Of a stretch of 64,000 bases of DNA, positions 1 through 46,500 are shown piece after piece. Under the pieces are notes generated by a model. It was not told the origin of the DNA. It made no database searches and saw only the letters and a program-made list of their open reading frames with translations. The DNA is from Chrysomallon squamiferum (Eukaryota > Animalia > Mollusca), in the NCBI GenBank assembly GCA_012295275.1, contig CM022672.1:24490001-24554000 (forward strand), written 5' to 3'. Made by a program: the position numbers and the translations under genes. Within the stretch, counting starts at the first letter, position 1, and each line of letters starts with the position of its first letter.

Positions 1-761
1 TATTCCATCGCTCACCAAACATCAAACATACACAGATATGTCTATCAGTCACCTGAGGATATTTAAGGGGGTTACAAGAATGATACAATGTTTTGATGGA
101 GAGTCATCTATTGGTATTCCATGGATCCTAATTTCAGATGAACTGGAGAAGGCAGCAAGTGTTATAAATTTCAGCAGATTTTGATCAAACAAAATATTAT
201 ATTATAGTACTTCTGGACATTGGACAGTCCCCTGGGCTTATATTTGTACAGTTCTTGTGATAATGTTATGATTAACATCCTAGCTGTCTTTCAGTAGCAA
301 TGCATGACATCCCACCATTTTTCATTCCAGTTATTTTCCATCTTTTGTATGTATAGAGTGTAAACCTTAATTTTATTTTAATTTTCCTTTCAAACCAAAA
401 CAGTATTCACATTTGATTTAAATGCTGCTTAATGTTTTTTGTACCTTATCTATACACAGACATTCATGTATACAAACATGCATATGCAGAATCCATACAT
501 ATGTATATACAAAAATGTTTGTCAGATAATTTGCATTTGTTTTGGAAAAGATAACAGCATACTCTATATTAAATTAAGCAACTTAAATTGATTTTGGATT
601 ATATTAATGAGCAGTGCTTGAGAAAACAGAAAATGAGAAAAAAAAAAAAAAAAAAAAATAAGAACCCCCTCCAAAAATCTTCCTTTTATTTTATTTTTTA
701 ATGTAATAAAACTATTTAGAACAAACTAATATTAAATTGTGCATGACTGTTTTTATTGTAG

Positions 762-34407
<33,646 letters not shown>

Positions 34408-34537
34408 GGATACATGAAGGTTTTTATATCTGTTCATTTTATAGCTTGAGAACCTTTTAATGAAAAAACATCATAGAAACCATAACTGTTCAATTTTGAT
34501 TATACAGACAAACACTCATGATGGAAAACTGTTTGTC

Positions 34538-34751
34538 AATAAATACTTTTAAAATAGAAAATGATATATATGAACAAAATCTTGTATCTACCATCCCAAA
34601 ATAAAGATAACAATAGCACTTAAATTAATGAATGACTTCACCAGAACTGGTGAACATTTTTCATTCAACTGTCCTGTTTCATTAAGTTTTTACATATCTT
34701 ATCATAATTTAACACCAAATACTGATAATTTTATTTCTTTGTTTTAATAAA
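34538..34751 (+). terminator. Candidate polyadenylation signals of gene A
   Basis: AATAAA at about 34538, 34600 and 34746 downstream of the stop. The hexamer is common in such AT-rich DNA, so support is weak. Confidence 0.3.
34626..34673 (+). repeat. 48-bp hairpin-containing direct repeat, copy 1 (copy 2 at 36352-36399)
   Basis: TAATGAATGACTTCACCAGAA(C/T)TGGTGAACATTTTTCATTCAACTGTC, 47 of 48 identical. Confidence 0.85.
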
Positions 34752-36351
34752 ATATTTTGAATAAATTATGCAAAATGTAATTTAGCAAGTTTCTTGTATT
34801 AATGATTGCTGTTTTATAATTTCCAAAACATCAATTTTCTCAGTGGGAAATAATGTGTAAAATTTGTATCTTCTTAAAGTGTATTATTTAACTAGTTATA
34901 TTCATGTACTTGATTCACACAGAGCAGTTTGAACTGTTTTTAATTGATCTACATGTAAGCCTGTATACTGTTAGGATTTTTTTAAAAAAGGAAATGACTA
35001 TGCATAACTGGACTGTGTAAACAGCCCCCGTTATTCAGTTCAGGAAAGCACTAAACTGCTTCAGTAAATATCCATATTTTAATATTTATCTAGTGTTATT
35101 GTTCTTTGTTAATGACCAGTTGATAACATTTTGTTTAGATTTCGGTTGTATTTACTGTTTCATTACCAGTTTCTGTTTTAGAATAAACTGTTTGTTAATT
35201 ATACTGATTCTGTATTTTTTCATAATAAAGGTTTGTTATTCAGACAAAAACAATGTGTAATTATATATATATTCATGTACATAAATACGTATTCATGCAA
35301 ATCCATAAATTTCCTGAATATTTAGTATTTAAATATTTCTGAAGTGACTTAGTAGCAATTTACTTAAGTGACACTTAATCTAGTGCAAGAGATTAAAATA
35401 TTACAATGTTCAATAGTCTTCAAACAAATATAAAAGTTATCTTATAAAATAATTTAATCTCTTAAGTTTATCATACACTAAACCAATATTAATTATTATG
35501 ATTGTCATGGGGCCCAGTGCATAAGAGGCCTTAGCTTTCAAGTGCTAATGACCCTATTAAAATACGGTTCGTTTATTGTCTAAGGTTTGCACCTTTGGTG
35601 GACCCACTGATTCTGCAATTGAGAAACTGTGATGGTTGATTATAATAGATACATATATTTGCATATACTACAATATAAAACTTTATATAATATCAAGTAC
35701 CCATTATAAACACCAACACAAAATACAATATTTATATTACAAAGATAATTATTTATTTTACACGTGTTTACTTATTATTTAGTGGTTGAGGACGTGGGAA
35801 TTGGCATTAAATAAAATACTATAATTCTTAATTCTTTTAATTTTCCCTAACAGGTTTTGTTAGAAATAAATATATAACTCAAACTCTATGGAGCATATAC
35901 AGGTTACATCAAATTGATCAACAAATCAAACAGAGCATACAGAAACCGGATAACCATTTGTCCCTGTTTCCGACTTAAACAAAGATAATGCAAAAATATA
36001 GTTACTGACATAATTGCCTAATAATGGCCACCAACTCCTGAGTACCACCTATGCCTTCTCTTTGTTCTTTGTGGTCTCATCTTTCTCATCTCCTTTATCT
36101 TTTACTTAAATAAACATGTTGTGGACTTCCCTGAAGTCAGCAGAGCAAAATTTCCTTTTGTCTCTCGCTAATGAACGTTAATGGTTAGGTGATTTCAGTA
36201 ACTGGATTACTGTTAACTAACAATAGATATTTATTTAATACATACTGTTAGGAATATTTGTAGAAATGAATGGTTAACATATTTACTTACTTTAATGATG
36301 CATACAGGTTAATTACAAGATGTTAAACTGTATTAAAGTAAGCTACTTAGG

Positions 36352-36399
36352 TAATGAATGACTTCACCAGAATTGGTGAACATTTTTCATTCAACTGTC
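36352..36399 (+). repeat. 48-bp hairpin-containing direct repeat, copy 2
   Basis: Matches 34626-34673 with one C/T difference. Confidence 0.85.
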
Positions 36400-37288
36400 T
36401 GACATTTTCAAAAACTGCATCTTAAAGGTATAAAAGTATAAAATATTATAATAAGTAAGAAAAATAGCTACCAGCGAGTTCTACAAGTAGGTATAAACTA
36501 AATTGCAATCCGTGGAGTAAATAAATTAGGACCAATTTGCTATGTTAAAGAAACACAGAAAACAGTACATCTAACTTGCTGAGAAAACTTTCCACAGCTT
36601 TAATGAGGCCTTATTAGGGTATGGCTAAGAGCCGTACTACATAAGATGAAAAAAAAGGTTTATCGTCATAATGATCCTAACAGAACAATTTTTACTTTCA
36701 CACAATCCTTCCTCTGACACATTTTGCAAACCAGACATATTTTATATCTTTCATATGCAAATTTCTACACAGGATCAAGCTCAAGAGACAAATGTAAAGG
36801 TAAGACATACTTTTAATACTAATGCTTACTAGAGATAATACTACAACACTCCATAATGCTTTTAAACTAGTTTTCATAGCTATCTAATTTCATTTCCATT
36901 ACATTTAAATGAGTGTAAAATGTTTATTTATTATGGCATACATTCTATCCATGTCCAAATGTTTGACACTAAAATACCATTTAGAATTATGAATAGAAGA
37001 TACAACAGGTATATTAAGATATTCAGTCTTGTCAGTTGTACGATTGCTAGAACTACACAAACAATAATGGAGGATAAACAGAACAAGTATAAGATGAAAT
37101 GGTTATCTGTAGTAATATATTATACCTTAGACATCAATTTATACTTTGAATAATTATATATATATACATTATAATAAAAGTTGTAATTATTCATACTCTA
37201 GTCTTGCCATAATACTAATGCATTTAATCCGTATTACTGTCCATGAACACATCCAGAAACATCTAACCAGAAACATACCTATGTATGA

Positions 37289-37625
37289 ACAGAGCTTGCT
37301 GGGAAGGTGGAAGGTGGAATCCATGTTTAGGCAAATCATAATAATTCACTAATATGAGTTCAAAAGTCTAAATCGTTACTAAATTATGATGACACCCAAA
37401 ATTACAATGCACACAAACGAAAATGTGAGTAACACATTTTGTATCATGGTTATAGCGATTATACAAGTAGATTACATGTCATTTTTCATGGAAACATACT
37501 GGCAAACACAAGAAATTATGGTAAATTAATTATTATTTTGTGTATTTTCATGACATTTTAGAAATTACAATTACAAATGGGTAAAATCAAAACAGATATA
37601 TTACCACAGATACAATATAATTACC
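37289..37625 (-). repeat. Left arm of ~330-bp inverted repeat (partner 40589-40918)
   Basis: Reverse complement aligns to 40589-40918 with about 15 substitutions and one ~7-nt indel by eye. Confidence 0.93.
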
Positions 37626-38405
37626 CATTGTCAACAGAACACACCAGTTAACATACACTAATCACAGTAAACATGTTATTGGGGCCATTCCCATGCCATT
37701 CTCTAAATACTCCATCGCTGCTGTTACAGTTTTACATAAAAAAAAAAACATAATTGTCATAATAAGTGTATCTGTAGACATAACTGATTCTTTATGTCTG
37801 AAGCATGTATTTTTTATAATTTTGAAATTGCTTATCTAATTCAATAAAAATTATTATATTTGTTTCATCTATTCAACAGCAGACATCTATTTATCTTTTC
37901 TTACCAATGTTTATGAATATTAAATAATTACAATATGCATGAAAATTACATAAAGTTGGGCAAAATATATTTTAAAAAATAGCTGGAAAATTGCTGGACT
38001 TAATAAATTTAACATAGGCATCACAAAAAGTAAACTAATAAATGAAGTCTTTAATATAATCTTCAGTTGGTTTCAGCTACTGGAAAAAATTGTTTTATTT
38101 ATTTATTACTTTTCAAATTGTTTAATTAATTTATTAATTTATTTATTATTTTGTTTAATGTTAGAAAAATGCTGGCTGTCATTGAAATTATCCAGATTCA
38201 TGCTCTAATTATAAATTAAATTTGATGAAAATTTTAGATCTGTCTGGTTTAGTCACTTTCATTGTCACAAATCAACTTCCTCTAAAAACAATATACAAGG
38301 GTGTGACCAGTGTTTTGGGTGTTATATAACAAGGAGTACCATATTTAGCAAATTCTGGATGTTATGTTTTTGCTTCTAGTTGTTATCATATGTTGTCTTT
38401 ATTGA

Positions 38406-38406
<1 letters not shown>

Positions 38407-38447
<41 letters not shown>
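38407..38447. repeat. (TTA)n microsatellite
   Basis: Directly visible. Confidence 0.95.
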
Positions 38448-38448
<1 letters not shown>

Positions 38449-38936
38449 CTATTTATTAATTTTTCAATTTATTGTTTTAATTTTTTAAATTATATTGATT
38501 TAAAATACCTGTAGGCTATATCTGACCTTTAGATTTAAATATGAGCAAAACTATTCCACCATATTTTATTAGTTAAAGGAGAGAAAAAAAGAGGTAAGTG
38601 CAAATTATGTTTTCTTTGCATAGTTTTGCAAAACACTGACCTATTTGAGTTTCATCAGTCAAAACATTATTATTCAATCTAATACCATAGCTCTCAAGCA
38701 TTAAACAAAATAGTTAATGAAAATAGTTAAACTATTATTATACATCTGCTCTAAAAGTATGCTACTGCAATAAGGAAATTATTGACTTTTCTGTGCCTCT
38801 TCTGCAGCTATGTTGAGTTTCTATCCATGTTGCATGAGTGAGACTGGTCGACAAATTTCTATTCAGTTCTCTTAGAATTCTTAGTTTTTGAAAGAATTGC
38901 TAATTAATGTTTATAAACATTTTACTCTATAAAGAC

Positions 38937-38938
<2 letters not shown>

Positions 38939-38972
<34 letters not shown>

Positions 38973-38993
38973 TTATTTTGATTTGTGAGCTTT

Positions 38994-39024
<31 letters not shown>
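38939..39024. repeat. (TTA)n and (AG)n microsatellites bordering the CpG-enriched region
   Basis: Directly visible. Confidence 0.9.
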
Positions 39025-39029
39025 TTTTG

Positions 39030-39770
39030 CATGTTACTGCGTTGGTATTCTTAGCAGATGTCAAGGAATTATGTAGGATGCAGGAATGTAGAATTCATTG
39101 GTGTAGTACGCTATTTGGCGGCCGAGAACTTCTAGGTAAAAATTTTAATTTGTACATTTTTTCGACATAGCCTAATCATAACACCAAACAACAAATTATA
39201 CTGAAACAACTTGAGTAGACACTTCGGCATTCGATCTATACAGTCATTTCAACACTATAATGTAACCATAATAAAATTGTACAGAACATTGTTGCCTCAT
39301 TTTCTATCAGATCTATTTTTAAAAAGTTGCGAATCGCGATATTACAGCAATTCAATCCAGAAATGCCAATATATTATACTGATATATATATAATATATAT
39401 ATTAATTTCAAAATAATTAGGATTGTAAGTTGTTTTGATTTAAAGTGATATTCGGAAATAATTGTCTTATTACTGTCAAATAGTCATTTCCTTTTACGAA
39501 ATGATGTGATTATGTATTTCATAATGTTAAGAACATATTTCGTAAGTAAGTTCGTAAAATTGAAGAAATATCCAACATTGTTTTAATTGATTGGCTCTTC
39601 TTCGTTCTTTATTTTGCGTCAACAAAATCGCATTAAGCGTAGCAAAACATGGAAGGACGAGTTAGTTAGGGGAAAGGTGGAAGCCCGGCAAAGTTTATTT
39701 TTCAGTATTTAGTACTGAATAACATTTTGATTTCTATTTAGTTAAAACAGTTATTTCCGATTATTTATTA
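39030..39770. promoter_or_regulatory. CpG-enriched putative promoter / non-coding first-exon region of gene B
   Basis: About 20 CG dinucleotides in ~740 bp against strongly CpG-poor gene bodies. Inverted CCAAT (ATTGG) near 39590, candidate donors GTAAGT (39542) and GTTAGT (39661). The ATG exon has an acceptor, so an upstream UTR exon is required. Confidence 0.55.
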
Positions 39771-40540
39771 CATTTTAAATAATAAAACTGAGTTTGAACT
39801 TGATAGCAGTTAGTGTACAAGTATACAATAAAACAAGTTTTGATTTATATAATATTCACCTTATGAGACAACAATCACAAAATTACAATTTGAAATTACA
39901 TTTTTGACTTCTTAAGGCATTTATGCATTCTGTCTTAAATGTAATTCCATTAATTTAAAGTAAATCTTTTGTCACGTTTGCAAAATTGTTGTTAACAAGT
40001 TTCTTTGAGATTATTATTAGTATTTGTGGAATGATTACAAATTTAAAAATTAAATAAATATTTTCAAAATAAATATTAAAAAGAAAGAAGAAAAATCTGA
40101 TTTAAATCCACTGAGATGTTAATAGTGAAAACAAATTCCCAGCTTTCACACACAAACATGCACACACAGAGATCTTAAAATATGTTAAATTCTAAAAGCT
40201 GCTAAAAGAACATGGCATACAAAGTATTAATCAGACTCATTTTATGCATCAGAATAATATATATTTCTTATAAGAATCCATTTATTGGTTTAACCATGAA
40301 TTATAAATACCAATTCTGAATATTTCAATCAAAATACCTGTATATATAATAAAGATGTGAAGGAGCTCTAATAGATGTTGGTTTTTTTTGTCACATTTTA
40401 TATTAGTACCTACTAATTCAAATATAAATAACTAATAAGAAGTTAACATGAAATTTAAGTACTGATAATTATTATATAGTATTTTCATTTCCTGTTTTCC
40501 TTTTATTTTCAGATTAACATTAAGGATAATTTCCTTTTTG

Positions 40541-40589
40541 ATGGACAACTTTATAATTTTGCACTGCATTTTGTGGCTGCTGATTTATG
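40541..40589 (+). CDS. Gene B first coding exon: signal peptide
   Basis: Acceptor ttttcag ends at 40512, ATG at 40541. MDNFIILHCILWLLIY|V splices in phase 1 to FLPCHTQNCK, giving a hydrophobic core with a plausible cleavage site after CHT. Confidence 0.72.
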
Positions 40590-43500
40590 GTAATTGTATT
40601 GTATCTGTGGTAATATATCTGTTTTGATTTTATCCATTTGTAATTGTAATTTATAACATGTCATGAAAATATACAAAATAATAATTAATTTACCATAATT
40701 TCTTGTGTTTGCCAGTATGTTTCCATGAAAAATGACATGTATTCTACTTGTATAATCGCTATAACCATGATTCCAAATGCGTTAGTCACATCTTCATTTG
40801 TGTGCATTGTAATTTTGGGTGTCATCATAATTTAGTGACGATTTAGACATTTGAACTCATATTAGTGAATTAGTATGATTTGCCTAAACATGGATTCCAC
40901 CTTCCCAGCAAGCTCTGTGAGTGGAAAGAAACATCAAGGAAAATGTTATTGTGTAGATTTTAAAGTTAAGTATATGTTGAGGGAAGTGGAAACAGAGACA
41001 GGATATGTTTTTAAGAAGTTTATAAGAAAAAACGTTGAATTATTTGAATAGCACAGCAGAATGGTTTTATATAACAGAATAATGAATAAATTTAAGTAGT
41101 GTTATTACATTGGGTTCAATCTAAGTGTTAAAATGGAAAATCTGTATAAACTGTCATCATTAAATTAAAGGTTTAACTCTTGTGAATATTGATAATTTTA
41201 AAGCAAGTCCATGCTGCTTTTAACATTTCATGAAATGAACTGATTTGTTGGTAAAAAAACAAACATCGCTAGCCATTGGAGATATAAATGTCATACACCT
41301 GTTATGTTTCTATAAAAAAGTTACACTGTAACACTGTTATTGCTTTTTAAAGTTTTATATTTTATTATAATTATCTTTTTTTAAATTATTTTTTCAAATC
41401 CTTTTTTTACCTTTTCTTTTTTGTTCCTAAGACCGATTTTAGTATTATGGTCTGAAAGAGACTTTTTCTGTATGATAAATGTTTTGCTTTCTTTTCAGTG
41501 TTTTTACCATGTCACACACAAAACTGTAAAGCCATACCATCTAACATAATTTTCTCGTCATTCACATCACAACAGAGGGAGATATATAGAGGATATGACA
41601 CTGATACCTTTTGGTGTAGCAAAGGCACTGTAGAAAATCCAAAGAAAGATTTGAATCCGTTTATAACAGTTGAATTTTCATCTTCTGTAACACTTGTTGG
41701 AATAGGAATACGTGCACCACCAGCAGCCCACAGAAAGTTTGGATTTTTATCTTTTCGTGTTTTTAAATGGTTGAATGGCTTTATGTATGAAGGTGTTAGA
41801 GAAGGAAATATAAAAAATAAAAAAATAAAGGTAAAGATTTATAAAATATTTATCTGATACAAGGTCATCAAAATTAAACAATATAAAATGGTTATTTATT
41901 TTGACATGAGAATAATTTTCACACTAAATCCAGACTAAGTGGATTCTTATTTCCTAAATTATTATTCTGGTGCAATGAACTGCATTTACACAGCAAAGTT
42001 TAATCAAATGTTCTGACATAGAAACAACTCTATTGTAATATTTTAGAATATGTATGTGTATTAATAGTTATTTCAACAGTATTGCATTTATATAATATCT
42101 AGACTAGCTCACTGGCAATTATTGTTTGTGTTTTATTATTTTTTTTATTTAGTAAATCATTTATGACTTATTCTTATTCCAGGTATATTTTAATTTTGTT
42201 GTGACTTATTTTTTTCTCAGAATTTTCCAGGCTTGACTGAATCTGATATTATTAAAAGTAGAAAAATAAATCATATGTTTCCCTATCCAGTTGTCAGCAG
42301 CAAGTTCAGACTTTTTTTTAAACTTGGATTAGGTCAAGATCATATTTGCCTGCGAATCCAGTTTTACAGGGCTTGTGGTAACTATAGTAATTTATTAGTT
42401 TCATCCTTTTAAAAAAGAAAAAATAATACAAATTTAAAAAATTCGATTTATATACTTTATGTTGCAACAAAAAAAGAAAGAGTTTAACCTGTCTAAATTA
42501 GTATAAATGTTTCAAGAAATCAGCAATTTAGTAACTAGATCCCACTAAAATTGGTATATGTACAATTAACCAATTTTGGGGATTTGTTTGTTTGTTTCTA
42601 CTACAAGTGAACTAAACTATTCTAAAGCGCGAATTAAAATCTACAGTGCATTTTTGTATATACAATTAAATAACTTCATATTTGTAAAGAAATTGGGCAA
42701 CAAAAGACTGAAAAGACTCACAAAATTTGTGTCATTTTTTCAAATGTCCTGTATTCATGTTAATGGTTCCAATTTGTAATTTTATTCAATAAATAATAGC
42801 TTGGATAGGATCAAATAAATCTTAGTTCAGCACTATTTTTGGTAATGCTTTAGAATAATATTTCATTTTCATTTTCTATTTTTTTAAATTTTCACATGAA
42901 TCAAATATTTATGTTCTCTTATTTTAAAAACAAGTGTAAAGAGAACAGAAATTATAAAATGATTAAGAACTAAAAACAACATTGCTCAAATGTTGAAAGA
43001 AAAATATATTGCATCAAATATAATTGAAAAAAGGGTTTATAATTATCTTTCACCAGGTGGACAAAAACAAGACATGTGTAATAGTAATGGAGTAAGGTGT
43101 GAACATATATGTCATGATATTCCTGGTTCATTTTACTGTTCATGCAAAAAAGGCTATAGACTTTGGCGAAATGGACTGAACTGTGTACCAGGTATGGATG
43201 AATTATTTTTTCTTAAAAATATAAATGTATCTCATGCTTTTTACAAGAAAAAAGATTATTCCATGAAAAGAAAACTAGTTCTATAAAAATACTGAGTAAG
43301 TCTGCCTGCAATGTGTAGTTAAACTTGACATTAGTGCTACTTTTGTTTTCCAGATTATGGCATTAACTATAAAACTACTTACACAACTGTCATTTATGAG
43401 GAGGCACAAGCATACTGTTATCACAGTGGTGGATTTCTGACAACTGTATTTTCCAAAGAAGAATATAACAGGATGAAAAGAAATATAACTAAATGGACTC

Positions 43501-46500
43501 AATATCCTTTTTACATTGGTTAGCCATATATCAGATTTTAATTTTGAAACATTTTTTATTATTATTATTATTACTGAGTGGGGTAATTTTTCCTTTTTTT
43601 ATTTTCTTATATAAAAAGTAGTATATTATTAACTTGTTCTGGTTAATAATATGCAAATGAAAATAAAAGTAAATCTCCACCTCTGAAATAATGAATTATA
43701 TTATCCACAAGTAAATGCACAGGAGATTATGACAAGAATGGTATGTCTTGGATCTAATAAGATGACCAGACAAGTGACCATATATTAGCAATTTGGATAG
43801 TAGGCTAGCTCTGGTGAAAACTTTTTCTATGGATGGCAGATAATCAAAATGCTTTTAACAGTTTTCTTTCAAACCTATGTGTATCATCTAGGGAGTCACA
43901 ATGACATAGTAGACTGACATCATGTTTTGAATGTACTCTGTTTTTTAATGTGAATAGTGCTATGGTTATTCTATTTTCATATTCTCAAAGACATTTTTTT
44001 ATTTATTTATTTTTTAAGTAATTTTGTAACTTACTATTAACAATTGTAAAATTTTCAGTGAAATGCTTAATGTTTTCATGAGTTATATTTGGCCATTATT
44101 CCAAGATAGTTCCTAGAAAACTTCTATTAATCAAACAGTTAAATATGATACAACATTTCATTTAAATGTCATATCTTTTTTTTACCTATGTTTAATTAAA
44201 ATGATTTTTTATTACCAAAAAACATAATAGAGAAAAAAGATATTACAGAAATTTTATGATAACTGCTTTATTGAAACATTAAGTTAAATTACAATATATT
44301 CAGATTACATAATAATAGTGGATTAGCATTCATTGTGAAAAAACTCAAAAACAAATCATAATGAATGAATCAAGAAAATTAAAACAGATTTCAATGTGTT
44401 AGTGTATGATTTTTAACACTTTAATTTTTTTTTAAATGGTAAAGTACAGTTTATTTTAAATAGTTTTTATAAAAACAATGCAGTTACAACACCTGCAAAA
44501 TAGGTGATTATTAATGCAGTTAAAATTATGATTTAAATAGGTTAAACAATATTCAAATTTCAGGTAACTATCGTTTATGTTTATATTATATACTTTCATG
44601 TTTTAAAACAAACAGCTGATTCTTTTCAGTTTTTCTTTTTGATGAAATTCTAATACATTTTTTTCATAATGAATTCATTAAATAGCTACTTAATTATGAT
44701 ATATTTGTTATTATTTCAGGTGTTGTGGATGTGGATGAAGATAAGAGTTACAGCCGTTGGATAGATGGATCTGATGTTGTATTTGAAAACTTTGAGTATC
44801 GTAATTTAAATCCAGGCTCAGCAGGCTTGTATATTAAAAATAAATGGTCATCTGAAAATAAACATGGTGGACAGATGTATAGTTGTCGTTTAATCATGTT
44901 GCATTTATCCATGGAATTTTCTTAATTATTATTTATATAAATAAGCATTTCAGGTTTTTGTTTTAAAAATGTTTAATCATGTTGCATTCTTATTATTTTT
45001 TTCTTTTTTTGAAATTTTAATAGTCTGAAAACTATGAAAATTGAAATTCTTATACTGAAAACTGAAAACTTATAAATATGTCAAAGAAAATGAAAACCTT
45101 AGAATTTTTCTTATAAGAATTTTTTTATATAAATATAAAGACTAACACCTAAATTTCCAAGCTTACTGCCTAATCATGTTTCATACATCATTTTTCAATG
45201 TTACGTTGTTGTCCCTTTTTCTTATCAGTATTTAATTTCACAAATTATAATTTTCTATTCTTCAGAAAAAGACAGCTCCTAATAAACAATAATACAGTGG
45301 TATCTTGACTTATGAGTTTAATTCATTCTGTGACCGAGCTCATAACTCAACTTGCTTGTATATCAATCAGTTTTTCCAACTGAAATTAACTGAAATACCA
45401 TTAATCCATTCCAGCCCCCCAATAACTACCCCATGCAAGCAAAACACAACAGAGATGCTTCCATGACCAGGTGATGTAAACTAGTGAGATGTGGGATGCT
45501 GGGCAGATGTTGTATTGTTTGTTGCACCAACTGAAGCTTGCTCGTAACTTGGATTTTGGCTCGCAACTCAAAGCAAAAAACTGACCGGGTGACTGCTCGT
45601 AACTCGGAAAACTCATAAGTTGGTGCACTCATAAGTCAATGTACCACTGTATAATAAAAATAAAGTTTTTATTAACAAAGTTCATAAAAAATTATTTATA
45701 TTATTATTTTTGTAGATTGCTGAAGACTATAAAATTGGCTGACAAAATTTATATCATTCTAGTTCTCTTTTGTCCATTTTTATTTTAATTTTTGCTGTTT
45801 AGATGAAGATTCCTATTTACTGAGTGGTTTTCATGACATACAAGATTTTCAGATAACTTCATCACCATTTTCTGTGTCCATGTCACTTGCATCAACACTT
45901 GCTGTTGGTCCTGCAAGGAGCCGTCTTGGTTCCAAGTCTTATGCAACAGTTATTAATGTAAATGATCCAGTTAGTAAATTTGGCTTGTATTGGAAACCCT
46001 TTTCTGAAGAAAAAAAATATTTGAAGGTAATATATGTAACAATTTATTTGTAATTTTTGAAGTTTGAAGTCTTGCTATATTTGGAAAATAATAATAATAA
46101 TATAAAACAATTGCCAGTAAGATCTAAGACTCAAAAAAAAGCTGAAGATTTCCAAAAGTTGTTGTTTTCATTAATATAAAGGGTTGGAAATCTGTTGACA
46201 ACAGGAAACTTACAAGTATTGTACTGGTACATGTGTTATTAAAATCTGCAAAGAAAAATATTTTATCAAAGATCTAAAAATATCCTTATTTTATATGATG
46301 AATATATGCATAAAATAGTTCATTTTCTTAAAAAGAAACAACAATGAAACAAAACAATGACTTTATGATTTATTTACATTGAAATAAATTTGTAAAAATT
46401 ATTAGATCATCTATCTATTTTTATTTCAGCTAACACTAAAAACAGAAAATGTGATAACTGGAGTTATTGTTCTAGGGTTTAGCTGTAGGAGTTACTCGCT

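Noticed and set aside
34630-34668. SECIS-like reading of the 3'UTR hairpin (ATGA...AA...GA)
   Set aside because: The stem is too short, the GA falls inside the Watson-Crick stem, and gene A has no in-frame TGA in the window.
45401-45632. Two minus-strand ORFs (75 and 68 aa)
   Set aside because: They lie within the MITE and show no transposase similarity.
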